In this document: one piece after another, positions 37,882-50,659 of the stretch | Numbering within the stretch: the stretch's first letter is position 1 | Layout of the letters: each line of letters begins with the position of its first letter | NCBI RefSeq assembly: GCF_006345805.1 | Contig: NC_043022.1 | Location: 10,788,001 to 10,852,000, forward strand | DNA from: Octopus sinensis | Lineage: Eukaryota | Direction: 5' to 3' | Length of the DNA stretch: 64,000 nt | The notes under the pieces: generated by a model | The model's database searches: none | Told to the model about the DNA's origin: nothing | The model's input: only the letters and a program-made list of their open reading frames with translations | Program-made: the position numbers and the translations under genes

Positions 37882-37956
37882 CAACAGTAAGGAGTTTATT
37901 AAAGGGATATTTGACAGAGCCAATAAATTACTATATAAGCTATTATTTAACCACAG
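37882..37956 (+). CDS. Weak candidate internal exon of an unidentified gene
   Basis: ccattctccatttag acceptor, CAG|GTAAGC donor, 75 nt open in phase 2/2 (NSKEFIKGIFDRANKLLYKLLFNH); no recognised homology. Confidence 0.25.
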
Positions 37957-38499
37957 GTAAGCTTTTCATTTTTCATGTGGCAGATTTATGATCAGAGGCT
38001 GCAAGCTGTAACCATATTATTTTTTTATTTGGCATTTTTAGGCACAGTGTACCTAGGTCTACTTTATCCTGTAAACCTTTCCAATTTGTAAAGGTATTAA
38101 AGTGTTGAGAGATATTTTGCTGCTATTTCTAGCAGGTCAAACGACTACATAAGGTTCCCTTATTAGTTTGATTACATAGTAAGTTCTTGTTGTTTAGTAC
38201 CTGGTCATCACTAATGGAGTTGGAGTCAGATTAAAGACAATCATGCTGTGACCATCCAGCCTTTGTTTAAAAAATACAATGTGTCCTTTTTAAAGACAAT
38301 AAATAAGGTGGTGTTTTATGAGACATGTGGCTGCTATGATCCCATAAAGGCTATGCAAGTCAGTTATCTGAGGGAGTGAATCTGACTGACACTTTTCAGG
38401 AGTATAGGAACGAAATATACTTAGGGGATGCAAATTTGGGTTCAGATATTCTTTACAAACACTTGAGTTTTTTTTCAGTCTTAATACCAAAGCATATCA

Positions 38500-38750
38500 T
38501 CATTTAACATCTGCTTTCTATGCTAGCATGGGTTGGACGATTTGACTGAGGTCTGGCGAACCAGATGGCTGCACCAGACTCCAATCTAATCTGGCAGAGT
38601 TTCTACAGCTGGATGCCCTTCCAAATGCCAACCACTCTGAGAGTGTAGTGGGTGCTTTTATGTGCCACTGGCATGAGGGCCAGTCAGGCGGTACTGGCAA
38701 TGGCCATGCTCAAATGGTGTTTTTATGTGCCACCTGCACAAGAGCCAGTC
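38500..38750 (-). mobile_element. SINE family D
   Basis: Reverse complement of the family D 3' domain and tandem unit. Confidence 0.8.
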
Positions 38751-38774
38751 CACCAAAACATAAAAAGGTATAAT

Positions 38775-38990
38775 AATAATAATGGCTTCGACTTTTGGCA
38801 CAAGGCCAGCAATTTCGAGGGAGGGAATAAATTGATTACATTGACTGCAGTATTCAACTGGTACTTATTTTATCTACTCCAAAAAGAATGAAAAGCAGTT
38901 GACCTTGGCGGAATTTGAACTCAGAATGTAAAGACAGATGAAATACCATTAAGCATTTCACCTGGCATGCTAACGATTCTGCCAGCTCGC
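38775..38990 (-). mobile_element. SINE family C
   Basis: (TAA)n tail, core and head on the minus strand. Confidence 0.8.
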
Positions 38991-38998
38991 TGTTTTAA

Positions 38999-39840
38999 CC
39001 CTTTCGTTACTATATTTCTGACCAAAATACACCCCTTATGTGTTTCAATTAATTTTAAAACATAATCATAAATTTAGTCTGGTTTCATTAAACAACTATA
39101 ACTTTTTTATTTATCAATATATTAATGTGATTTTTGGAAGATAATTTAATGAAATGTTCTCAACCAATTCTATACTATAATTTTTGTCACAAAGTGACTC
39201 TAATTGCAGGTAGATACAGGTAAATTCAATAAAATATAAAATTATTAAAATTTTGTTCAAACATCGCTTTAGAAAATGGGTTATTAGCTAATATTCAATT
39301 GGGTATACAACAAAATTTTACGATAGAATTTATTATTCTGGGTAACTTTCTGATACCCATAATAATATTTATGGCAAAATAGTCTTAATTTCATTTAAGG
39401 TTGTGGGAAACCACAAACTATCCTTTCTTTCGCTTTGTTTACATTCAGCGTAACGGTTCGTTTCCGCCGTAATGATTTCAAATAGGCTCATTTGAAAAAG
39501 TAAAAAGAAATAGTCTAAGGCTTTACTCTCCTGGGAAAGTCTGTGTCTTGGTCCAGTTTCTTCAGAAAAATCACTGAAAGAAACAGTTTTTAAATTTTCA
39601 CTCCATTCAGGTGCCAATTCATTTTCTTTATCGCTGTCGGAGCTCTCGGATTCACTGTTTTCACTTTTGGAAAATGAAACATCAGATTCATTATCAAATA
39701 CCACGTGCTTTTTTTTTTTCAGTCATAGAGTTAGATTTATGAAGGTCTTCAGTAGAAAATCCTTCGAATTCTGACTCGCTGCTTGATATAATGAAATTCG
39801 TATCCATTTTTTGTCAGAATTACAAATTTTGAAAACATAA
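38999..39840 (-). mobile_element. Internally deleted piggyBac element with transposase N-terminus (ATG 39807 to stop 39369)
   Basis: TTAA at 38995-38998 plus TIR CCCTTTCGTTAC. Acidic Ser-rich N-terminus (SSSESEFEGFSTEDL), then ALDYFFLLFQMSLFEIITAETNRYA...WFPTTLNEIK (start of the piggyBac DDE_Tnp_1_7 region). One frameshift at a T11 run (39709-39719). The other end was not found. Confidence 0.85.
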
Positions 39841-39969
39841 TAGGAACAAAGTCGACCTCGGTGGAATTTGAACTCAGAATGTAACGGTAGACAAAATAGC
39901 GCTAAGCATTTTGTCCGGCATTCTAATGATTCTGCCAGCTTGCTGCCTTAAGAATAATAATTATATTTG

Positions 39970-40160
39970 TACATCAATCAAATCCGATAAATCCATTAAT
40001 GGAAAAGTTATGCTTCTAATCAGTCCAAACAATGCTTCTGTGCTCATTCATTTTGGCGATGAAGGATTTCAGGAGGATGTTCAAAGCATTTTCATTACCA
40101 TCCAAAACTTTTAGGGGGTATGCTTGCACTCACTGTCCCTCCCTGTTCCTGAGCCTATGG
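39970..40160. repeat. Orphan two-copy dispersed repeat (copy 2)
   Basis: Homologous to 6633-6790 in the same orientation; also directly follows a minus-strand SINE C head (39845-39950). Confidence 0.7.
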
Positions 40161-40465
40161 CATCCATCTAACCTATATTACATAAAGATATTCAGTCATC
40201 AACCTGGGGACTGATCTGATTATTATTAGCTTGATCAGACTGACCATGCTGTAAGTAGGCATCATCTGCTGTTAAATTGGTAGAATCGGTAGAGCATCAG
40301 ACAAAATGGCCTGCAGCATCTAATGTCTTCTCTTTGTGTCCTTAATTCAAATTGTGCCGAGGTTGACTTTGCCTTTTGTCCTTCTAAAGGTGATAAAATG
40401 AAGCACCAGCCAAGTACTTTGATGTAAATGACTTTTCCATCTTTCAAAATAAGTGGCTTTTTGTG

Positions 40466-40673
40466 TTTTTATCCTTTGTTTCAGTTATTTGACTGTGGCC
40501 ATACTGGGGCACTGCTTTGAAGAATTTTTAGTCCGATGAATCGACCTCAGTACTCCCTTGCTTTTTTTTTTTTAACCTTTTAAACTTGATACTAATTCTA
40601 TAAGCCTTTTGTTGAACTGCTAAGTTACGGGGTCATAAATACTCCAACATTAGTTCCCAAGTGGATGGGGGTC

Positions 40674-40709
<36 letters not shown>

Positions 40710-40842
40710 ACAATGGGCTTCTTTCAGTTTCCATCTACCAAATCCACTCACAAGGCTTTGGTTGAACTGAGGCTATAGTAGAAGACACTCGCCAAAGGTG
40801 CCACACAGTGGGACTGAACCCGGAACCATGTGGTTGGGTAAG
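40466..40842 (-). mobile_element. SINE family A
   Basis: Tail, long (CA)n, core and head. Confidence 0.85.
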
Positions 40843-41992
40843 TTAGTCTGGACTGCTGCTGACACCTGGTGGTGTTTTTATTTTTACATTCGTGTAACCT
40901 TTCTTTAACCCATCTTTGGTTGTTTTGTGTGTGCTTCTGTGTCTATGTATGTGTGTGATGGTAGCAACGTGTGTATATTTGTGCATGTAAGCAACAACTT
41001 GCTGCTGCACTCTAGCAACAGCCTGCTGTGTGTTAGCAATAAAATTGATGCGTTTGTTAAGCAAGAACCGTTTCTGAACATAATCAATTACCTAGTCTTC
41101 AATTAACATACATTCCTCTGACAATTTTCTAATTAAATTGACCAAAGTTAATTTCCCAATGTTTCTTCTCTGTTGATCAACGGATAGTAATTTCAAAATT
41201 ATTTCTTTCTTTCAATTATTCTAAGATTTATTAATTGCAGTGACATCACCAAATGGGTATAAATGGGATTGGATTACTGTTCAGCGGCTGTTTCTCTTTG
41301 TAGTTAGTCGGGGGGTCATATATATTCATATATATTTAATTTTACATTAGTTCAGTTCACTGTGCTGTTAGGAATGAGTAACCAGAACGATTTCTCTCTC
41401 GTCTCTCATCTGCTGACTGTAATAGAACTTAGACCTGAATGCTGACCTTCAAATATGCCTTGGAGTTATGCAAGGTGTTAGCATTGTATTCTGTGTGCTA
41501 GTCAACAGAGTGGACTGCAGCATAGTCATCTAAGGGGTTCGTTTATCTCTCATTTGCCATTTGTTTATTGTAATACAATTTCAACCTGATTGTTGGCCTC
41601 CAGTTTATATGTGGCATTTACATTGTATTCTGAGGGTCAATCAACAACAGTGTGGATAGTTGAGTTGATTAGGTCAGCAACATTACCATGTGGTCATTGG
41701 ATTGGTAATGTATGTATGTATGTATGTGGTTTACAGTCAACAGGTGTGATCTGGAGATGTTCAGTGTAGAAAACATGTGGTAGAACTCAAGTGAATTGAA
41801 TTTAAACTCTGAAGTCTTTATTGAGGATTAAGGTCCATGGGGGTAAAAAGTGGATGTAAGAGAAATCTAGGTGATATGGAGATTGTGATGCAGATAAACA
41901 CGATTAAGCATGATATGAGAGAGAGAGAGAGAGAGAGAGAGGCGGGGGGATATATTTAGAGAGGCAAAAACTAAATATATTCAGAAGGTAAT

Positions 41993-42030
<38 letters not shown>

Positions 42031-42149
42031 AGCATGTAGATATTTATATATAATTTTTGATAAATTTACATTTTCATGGAGTATAAAAAATAGAGAAAAC
42101 TAAATGCCTGCATGGATGGATGGATGGATGGATGCATAATACTTCATTT

Positions 42150-42372
42150 CCTCCCTTGTCTATTGCTATACTCTCTAAGCTGGCTCTCCTTATACCATCT
42201 TCTTTTGATTTACTTGTCCCTTTATCCATCATGTGTCCAGGTCCCACACTAACCATTATGCTCAGTTTTTCCTCCTCAGAATACCATCTCCCTAAAATTC
42301 CCTTCCCCCAACTCCCTCTACACATGTTTTTTCCTACAGGTGTTGATGTGCAAATGTTCAAGAGGAATCTTT
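42150..42372 (+). pseudogene. CR1-like LINE 3' end fragment
   Basis: SKLALLIP...SRSHTNHYAQFF...NSLP..FPTGVDVQMFKRN (compare RT..Y..SFFPRT...WNSLP...FP...DL..FK). Confidence 0.6.
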
Positions 42373-42619
42373 TACCATATTGATGCCACCAGATGCTGCT
42401 GGTCTCAGGGGACCATCCATTGTACAGACTCTTTCTTCAGATCAATTCAGTAAATACAAAACAAAAGAAGCTGTGATGTAATGTTTTGAATTCTGTGATG
42501 GTTGTTATTTGAGAGCGAAATTGTAAAGGTAGACATCTGAAAGCAATCTCGATTGTTCTGCCTCCGAGTCAGAATCTGCTAGACTCTCCCATTGACTCTG
42601 ATTTGGTTTCTGTATTTTT

Positions 42620-42830
42620 AAACAATGAGAAATATTTGTCCAGTACCTTTTAAGTTCAATCCATATGTGAAGCTCTATATTTGACTATAATGGAGTACAT
42701 CAGGAGATGTTACATCACTACTCCCCCCCTCTCTCTCCACTTACTACAGACTCCAGCTGTTACATCATTTGACCTTCAACTTCTTTTTCTTACCATTTAT
42801 GACCTTTGCCTCCTCTCTCTCTCTTTCTCT
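42620..42830 (+). pseudogene. Possible second CR1-like fragment
   Basis: YVKLYI*.IMEY resembles LYKAQIRP.MEY; the rest is heavily decayed. Confidence 0.35.
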
Positions 42831-43424
42831 CTGAAGGATGCCCCTTTTCTAGTGCTAAAATCCTGTCACCATGAGAAGAGAGGGGCAGGTCAAGTTAATG
42901 GGCCATCCCGGAGACAGTTGATAAAATATATACCAGTCATATATTAGGATAATTTCTATCCTGAGTTTTATCAACCACACCTCCTCTTCTCTTACAAATA
43001 TCTTGCCCTCTGTCATTCCGATAAATCCTTATCTTTGTAACAGTTCATAATAGCCTTTTTGTGTTGCTAATCTTTAGCAAAGGTTCTCTCTTGCCTCCTC
43101 TGTCACTCTCACTCTTTCTTTCTTTGTCTCATTCTCTCCTTTTTCTCTCATTCTCTCGTTGTATTTCTTTGTACTGCCCCCTCACCGAAATAACAACTCT
43201 GTTATCTTCTATGAAGAGGAATTTCAAGTTTTTTTCCCTTTTATTTGTCAAAAACAGAGGGCAGCTCCGAAATATTAAAAAAAAGAAGTTCATGCATTTC
43301 CCATGTGACTTATCTTTCTAGCTATAATTGGGTGCCTTGAGTAGTGTTGGATGTGGTTGTAGTAGAAGTATAATAAATAGCCACTGCAGTGTAGTGAAGC
43401 TGAGAGGCAGTGAAAATCAATTAA

Positions 43425-43643
43425 CCCTTTCGTTACCAACCTGGCTGAAACCGCTCTGGCTCTGAGTACAAATGTCTTGTTTTCGAAAGTTTTGAACTAA
43501 AATCTTCCACCAAACCTTCATCACAATTTATGTTCCTAACACTAGCTGAATGATAACTAAGTTATTTTACTAAATTCTTTGTTATATTTAAAGTAATTGA
43601 AAGAAATACAGAGCATCTCAAAATAAATACAGTAACGAAAGGG
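43425..43643. mobile_element. MITE family P1 (piggyBac-like), intact
   Basis: TTAA at 43421-43424 and 43644-43647; perfect 12-bp TIRs CCCTTTCGTTAC / GTAACGAAAGGG. Confidence 0.95.
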
Positions 43644-46269
43644 TTAATATAGTGAACAAAAGGACAGTTTTTATTGAATTAAAATCACGTCTGTAATAAA
43701 GAGAAAAATGTCATTAGTGTTAATAATCATAATTCTTGTCAGGAAAGGTAAGAGAGACAACTCTGAAATTCAAATTGGTTAAAAAATTGGAGTGGAATGT
43801 GTTAGTACGTTTTTCTGACAAGACGAAATATTTTGAGTTAAAAATTGCCAAATTAAGAAGACAGAAGTGTAGTGGACAGATGAAGATGTGTAGTGGACCG
43901 ACTGTAATTCAGTGTCTTTCAAAGTTCTAAGATATTGATGTTAGAACTAGTTGTCAAATCTAACTAGAGCTTTTCCAACTGAGATGAAAAATAACCTGAG
44001 ACAGGTACAGAATGTTATGTGTATCTCTCCAAGATAATTATAGATATGTACACACATACACACACATTCTGTACTTATCTCAGATCTTTTTTGCACCTGA
44101 TTACATTTTTATTAAATTTCATGAGCTGTGTTGTTAGTCATTTCCCACAATAAGATGTGCAGCAGACAGGCTGCGAGGTGCAGCAGACAAACATTGAAAG
44201 TGATGAAAGAACTCTCTTGCTAGTCAGACAAACAGCCGACTGTATGATAAGTATGTGTAAGAACTAAAATTATTACATAGTAGATAGGGGCATTGAATGA
44301 AGGTGTAGGGAGGCTGGAGAGAAATGAGATTCTGGATGCATGGGAGATACAAGTCTCATTAGTATGGAGTGTGTGTGTGTGTATGAACAAAGATGAAGAT
44401 CGTGTTATAGTTGGAGCCCCATGATGGGTGTATTGACAGTAAATGGAGGGCCCTTCCTACAAGGGAAACCAAAAGACCTGTGAGGGTTATAATCTATCAC
44501 ACAGAACACAGCCCTTCCCAGCTTTATTTAGATTAGAAAAAAAAATCCATGATGTTTTCAGAAGCCTAAATTACATTGGTTATTGTTTAGCCTCAGATCA
44601 GCCCTGATCTTGTAGTGCCATTCATCAAAAGCCCCCCCCCCCCAGTTTTCACAGTTGAACTGTTTTTGTGCATCCAACATTAATTACACTGTCCAGTGTG
44701 GTTTCTTTCTTTCTTTTTTTTTTAAAGACAGTTGGTTTTGATTTGAGGAAGTTTGGGCTACTATTTCTTTTAGCAGGTTGAACAACTACTTAGAAGCTTC
44801 CTTGATGTCTGGTGATGGGGGAGAATCAAATTAAAAAAGAAAGCAAAAATATAATTAAATATCAAGGTCCCCCTCCACACACACACTCAACAACCAAGTT
44901 TAGATCTATTAAGAATTCCAGTTTTCTTTTATTAACTAAATTTCTGTTTCACTTACAAAAATTAATTTTTTGTTCTTTTTTCTTGAATTTTTACTTAAAC
45001 CAATTCTATTTCCCTCCCCTCTGCACTTACCACACCAGTTTTGTTTAGTTTATGAAAAAAACATCTGTTTTAATAATTTCAAACCACAAGAAAAAGAAAA
45101 AAATTAAAACCATCCAAACTAAGAAAAAAAGAAATGTAATAATAAAAAGAAAACCATTGAATAGAAATTTGTATTCTTGCTGTCTTACCTACTGATAGCC
45201 ACCTTATTTCTATACAAATTCTTGCTGTTTTTCTCCAAGTGAATCTGGCAATTCTCCTAATTCCCATTCATTTATTTTCAATGCCTACAGATCTAAACAT
45301 AATCTTCAAGATTGGCACTGGAATTACATTGCCTCCTGTGTACACACACACACACACACATACCTTTTGGTTGTAGGTGGAACTGTAATGATTTAATAAT
45401 CGTGCTTTGAAGAATATACCCATCTTATCAACCCAACCTCTACATGAAATATCTGTTGACTTCCATTTTATTATCTTAAAGGCCAAAAGAGCAAAATTGT
45501 GCTGCATGATGCTTTCGCCATTCAATACTTCCCATCTCTTTTGTGGCTTCTTTCTTCGTTCGGTGCTTTCACTTTCGGCTGTTGCTCATTCACTGCTTTT
45601 GAATCATGCCGTGCCCTTTAAGCACCACTGTTATTTATTTCATTTCCCAAATCTTTCATTAAGTGTGGTAGATATTGCAGCTGAGGTTCCCAGCTGCTAT
45701 TTAATAAATATAGCCAGTAACGAACACCACACAACAAGGCTGTTTGATTGGCCGTGGCTTGACACTTGCTTGCAATGGCTGTTTTATGTGATCAATGCAA
45801 CTATTCTACTCAGGTTAACAAGTATACCACAAGTATTGGTGGTGAGCAGGGGCTTGATATATATATATAGTATTTAGTGACTGTTTATTTTGAATTTTTG
45901 CAGATACAGGCTTCTCAAAGCAATCTGGTTTCCAGAAGCCACTGTTGGCAAGTGCTCAAAGTAAACAACTGCTGTTAATAATAGATCATTTGACTAAAAA
46001 GTCAGTATTGAGTTCTTCATTCAGTGCATGGTTTAGTATGCAGAAGCACTCAGACTTATAAAACAGTCATTTGTGTGTGTGTGTGTCTGTATATGTGTGT
46101 GTATGTATGTATGTATGTATGTACGTATGTATGTATATATGTACGTACATACGTACTTGAAGTGTACTTGTTTGGTAAGAAATTTAATATGAGATCATAA
46201 GTGCAGGAAGTAATGAAGATTATCAAAATGTGTCGATGAATGATAGTTTGAGGCGGAAGTATTCTGTCA

Positions 46270-46441
46270 AATTTCTGTTTTAGCATTTCAAAACCAAGAA
46301 AGCCCACATCAAAACACTTGTCATTATAAAGTATATACTGTCGTAGGACTTATTACTATAAGTCCTACGACAGTATATACTTTATAATGACAAGTGTTTT
46401 GATGTGGGCTTTCTTGGTTTTGAAATGCTAAAACAGAAATT
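46270..46441. other. Perfect palindrome, 84-bp arms, 4-nt loop
   Basis: 46270-46353 is the exact reverse complement of 46358-46441; loop TACT. Confidence 0.97.
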
Positions 46442-46897
46442 AGCCCAAACATTTTATGGAGCAAATGTAAGATGTGACAAAGAGCATGAGATAAAAAGCT
46501 TGCTTTTATAAAAGGAGACTTTCGTGTAACCATTGACAATATATTTGAATCTATGCAGAATCTATGGTTGGCTTCTGCAAAATAAGTTCTCTCTCCACTC
46601 CACCAACAAAAGTTTGAATCTGTTCTCTTCAATATGATCAAGGCTTGGCTGATTTAATAAAGGACCTGATGTTGAATTGTGTTGATGTGTAAACTATTTA
46701 ACTCCCAATGGTTGAGTTCATCGAGCAGTAAATTGCTGTTGTATAATTGGTTAACTGTCTAAATATGAGCCACAAATCCAGTGCTCCAGTTAGGTCAAAC
46801 TTCTAGTCAGCAGAGGGCCACAATGTGCACAACGGCATGCAACATATAATGGTTTATTGTCTAAGTGTCCAGGAAGAATGAACAGAGTACTGTTTAA

Positions 46898-47118
46898 CCC
46901 TTTAGCATTCAAACTGGCCATATCTGGCCAAAATATTTAACCTGTTTTATATTGAAACTGACCAGATCTTGCCTCTCACCTCAGCCCTACCATGTCGTTC
47001 TAAAACTAAAAAATCACATCACTGAAATCTCTAAACTACAAAGATAATGCATGATTAATTCAAACCATTTTAAATAACTAAACATCACATTTGACAGAAT
47101 AATCTGAACACTAAAGGG
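46898..47118 (-). mobile_element. MITE family P2, complete
   Basis: TTAA at 46894-46897 and 47119-47122; ends CCCTTTAGCATTC / GAACACTAAAGGG. Confidence 0.9.
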
Positions 47119-48479
47119 TTAATCTTGTTGGAGGACAACTGTAGTGAAAATGGCACAAAAGAATGTACCCAGTTTTTGTTGTAAAGTTCTTTGTGATAGA
47201 AATGGTATCTGGTTGTGGAAAACCAGGCCAAGAATGAGAGAGGGAGATGAAAGCAGGGCTATGTGGACCCTGGTTGAGAAGCACAGCTCTAGGGCAACTA
47301 GCCTCTTTTTTTTCTTGTTACTGTGTACTAAATGAAGGCCCCTGATGAATAATGTGATAATAGGTCCAAGTGGAGAGATGAACATAAAATATTACTGATA
47401 AAATATAGGAAGTTGCAAGTGTTGTCATGAATGAGAGTTCTCAATACATGGAATACTAATGGTGTTATAATTATTAACTTACTGTTCCAGGGTTTAAAGT
47501 TTTGTTTAAATTTAGTTTTTTACATCTCTATAGTCTCTTGAGATACATTTGACAATTATTTTACTATTTAGACATGAAGCAGTAAGTTTTCAATATATAC
47601 TGTTATAAGATACAGATATATCAGTCAATGAGTGAAACCAATAAAAGTGTGTTTATACACACATACACACACGCATCTATATATGAATGAAGAAATGAAA
47701 GGAAGTAGCACTTAACATATTTAGTTGGAGTTATGAGTATTTAATAAGTTTGATGTGGGCTTCACTGTACTTAAAGTTTCATGGAAATAGGACATGTCCA
47801 CATCATCAGATGTTTGGAGGTCCTGTGCCCATGAAATTTTTATGTTATGTGGAGCTGAGTGAAATGATTGTTATATATATTGTTTTACTTCAGATTAACC
47901 CTGACAATAAGGCTTATTATCAAAGGTACTCCAGTGGTGACCATCTCATCTTTTTGTTTCAGACAATATGAAACAGCATTACTTGATTCTTGGGTTTGTA
48001 ATGACAACAACAACGATGAGGATAATAAACATTTCTACTATAGTTACATGGCCTGGAATTTTGCAGGAGGGATCAAGTTGATTACATTGACCTCATTGCT
48101 TGATTGGTGTTTATTTTATCAACCCTGAAAGGATGAAAGGCAAACTTGGCCTTGGCGGGATTTGAACTCAGATCTTGCTTGTCTGGTGTTGCTAACAATT
48201 CTGCTTAATAATAATTATAATTCTTTCTACGATAAGTACAAGACCTGAAATTTGGTGTGGAGGAAGAAAGTTGATTCCATAGACCCCAATGCTCATAAGT
48301 ATTTTGTCTGGCATTCTAACAATTGTTACCTTGCCGCTGCTTTAATGATAGTAAAAAGCAAAAGATTTAACCAATTTGGGTGAGAAGTAATTGTTTCTTA
48401 GACACAGTGCCAGAAATTTGGGGACAGAGGTTAATCAATTAAATCAACACCAATATTTGACTGGTGCTAATTTTATTCT

Positions 48480-48662
48480 TGTTTGTGCCACATAAAAAGC
48501 ACTAAGTCCACTCTGCTGAGTGGTTGGTGCTAGGAAGGGCACCCAGCTGTAAAAATCCTGCCAAAACAGTCACAGAAGTCTGGTGCAGGCTTTGGCCTGG
48601 CTGGCTCTTGTGGTACTGTCCCAACCATGCTAGCATGGACATGGGCATTAAATGATGATGAT
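48480..48662 (+). mobile_element. SINE family D
   Basis: gtgccacataaaaagcac...ggaagggcacccagctgtaaaa...aaccatgctagcatgga...taaatgatgatgatg. Confidence 0.75.
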
Positions 48663-49704
48663 GTTCTTGGCCACATTGACTTTAACAGGGTTTGAAATGC
48701 CAAGGTTGACTTCGTCTAACAATGATAATGTATGTATGTTTTTTAAATCTCTCCATAGCTGGGCGTATTGTTCTTTAACAATATTCGTCATTCTCTTCTC
48801 AATTTCACAGTAATTGCATTTTCTATTTATATCCACCACCACCACCTCCATTCACTCTCAACTTTGTCATAAAGTTTTGTTAACTTGCAACCCCGATAAC
48901 TTCTGTTTACTGCAAATTCATATTCATTTTCTGTCTATCTCACACTTGCTCGTACACCCTGAGAGTTGTTTATATTAATCTTGTGTTGAGATTCTTATTA
49001 TTTACAAATAGATTAAACAGTCATCAATCTAGGGAGTTGCTCAATTACTTACAGTGTTATTAATTGTAGTTGACCTTCAGGATGTGTTGGGGATGGTTAG
49101 CAAACCTCATCAGTAGAAAGGAAGGAAACAGTGTGTGTGTGTCTGTATATCTGTCTGCCTGTCTGTGTGTCACTCTCTCTCTCATAGTATTGTGAAATTT
49201 CTTGGTCTGTGCTATGGATCTCCTATGTCCCATGTAGCAGATAAATGACTGACTGTTTCCAGATGCAAGGTAAAGAAGCTAACCAGGAACAAAGCTTCTT
49301 GTACAGTGACTTGACAAGCTAGAAACAGCACCCAATTCTGTGGTAGGGCTCAAATTTTTCAGCATGTAAAGAGGGATGGGTGGATAGATACTGAGGCAGA
49401 GTTGGAGTTGAGACCTGTTGAGAACTGTGTTGGGCTGAAGGCATATGTTCAACTTTGAAAAGGATTTACTTCATAACACCACAACTTCCTGTTGTTAGTT
49501 CATGCTGTTGCAAGTATCTGCACCAGGCCCTTCTGCAAACCTTTGAAATGGGTCTACATCTTTGCTGCCGACATTAGATCTATATTTGTAGCTATTCAGG
49601 TAATATCATCCACACCAGCTTCACTAATCTTAGAAGGAAGGAAACTGGCAGTGTTTATGGACCTTATTTCACTGCCTCTGATTAAGTTATAACAATTGTT
49701 TCTA

Positions 49705-49905
49705 TTATAGGCACGAGGCTTGAAATTCAGGGGGAAGGGGCTAGTTTATTATGTTGACCCTAGTGCTCGATTGGTACATGTTTTATTGACTCTGAAAGGA
49801 CAAAAGGGAAAGTCAACCTTGGTGGAATTTGAACTCAGAATGCAAAGACAGGCAAAATGCTGCCCAGCATTTTTGCTCAACATGCTAACAATTCTGCCAG
49901 CTCCC
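49705..49905 (-). mobile_element. SINE family C
   Basis: Tail-core-head on the minus strand. Confidence 0.8.
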
Positions 49906-50016
49906 CCCCTTTAAATTATATATAATAATGAGAAAGTCTCAATAGGATCAGTTGAATTGCTAGGAAGAGTAGCCAATTCTCCCACAAATTACACCCATCA
50001 TGTTAAAATTGCTTCA

Positions 50017-50057
<41 letters not shown>

Positions 50058-50419
50058 CACAGACACTACCTCCCACAGTTGTATGTACAGTGTAAATAAC
50101 AGCAACACTGCTTTATCTTCACTCCCAGCTACAAATACAAACTGTGATATCAATAACATACAGAATACTTAACAGAAATTACAGAACACAGTTAACTTTT
50201 CTTTGAAGTTCTAACCTGTTTCTTCACCATCTGCCTAAAACCTGTCCTGCTCTTCAGTAAGGATTTCTGAGGTAAGTGTAAAGCCCATATAATTTAAGGG
50301 ATGGAGGAAGGGCAGTCACTTTGGGTCAACTTAATATTTCACTGGGACTTCTGCTTTGTTTCCTGTTGACACCTTCAAAGATGAAATGCAAAGCTGGCCT
50401 TGGTAAGCTCCTCGCCTCC

Positions 50420-50600
50420 CGACTGGCTCTTGTGCCAGGAGTACGTAAAAAGCACCATCCGAACTTGGTCGATGCCAGTGCCGCCTGACTGGCTCCCATG
50501 CCAATGGCACGTAAAAAGCAACCACTACACTCTCGGAGTGGTTGGCATTAGGAAGGGCATCCAGCTGTAGAAACATTGCCAGATCAGATTGGAGCCTGGT
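50420..50600 (+). mobile_element. SINE family D with two tandem units
   Basis: gactggctc..gtgcc....g.acgtaaaaagcacc twice, then ctacactctcggagtggttggcattaggaagggcatccagctg. Confidence 0.8.
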
Positions 50601-50659
50601 GAAACATTTTGTCTGACCCAGTGACCATCCCCACTCAACCAACACCTTGAAATAGTTGT

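Noticed and set aside
48648-48851. Protein-like 67-aa ORF (EIEKRMTNIVKEQYAQLWRDLK...)
   Set aside because: No acceptor with a pyrimidine tract on that strand, no recognised homology, and a length expected by chance.
49250-49700. Possible further decayed LINE fragment
   Set aside because: The composition suggests old coding sequence, but I could not recover any diagnostic RT or endonuclease motif.
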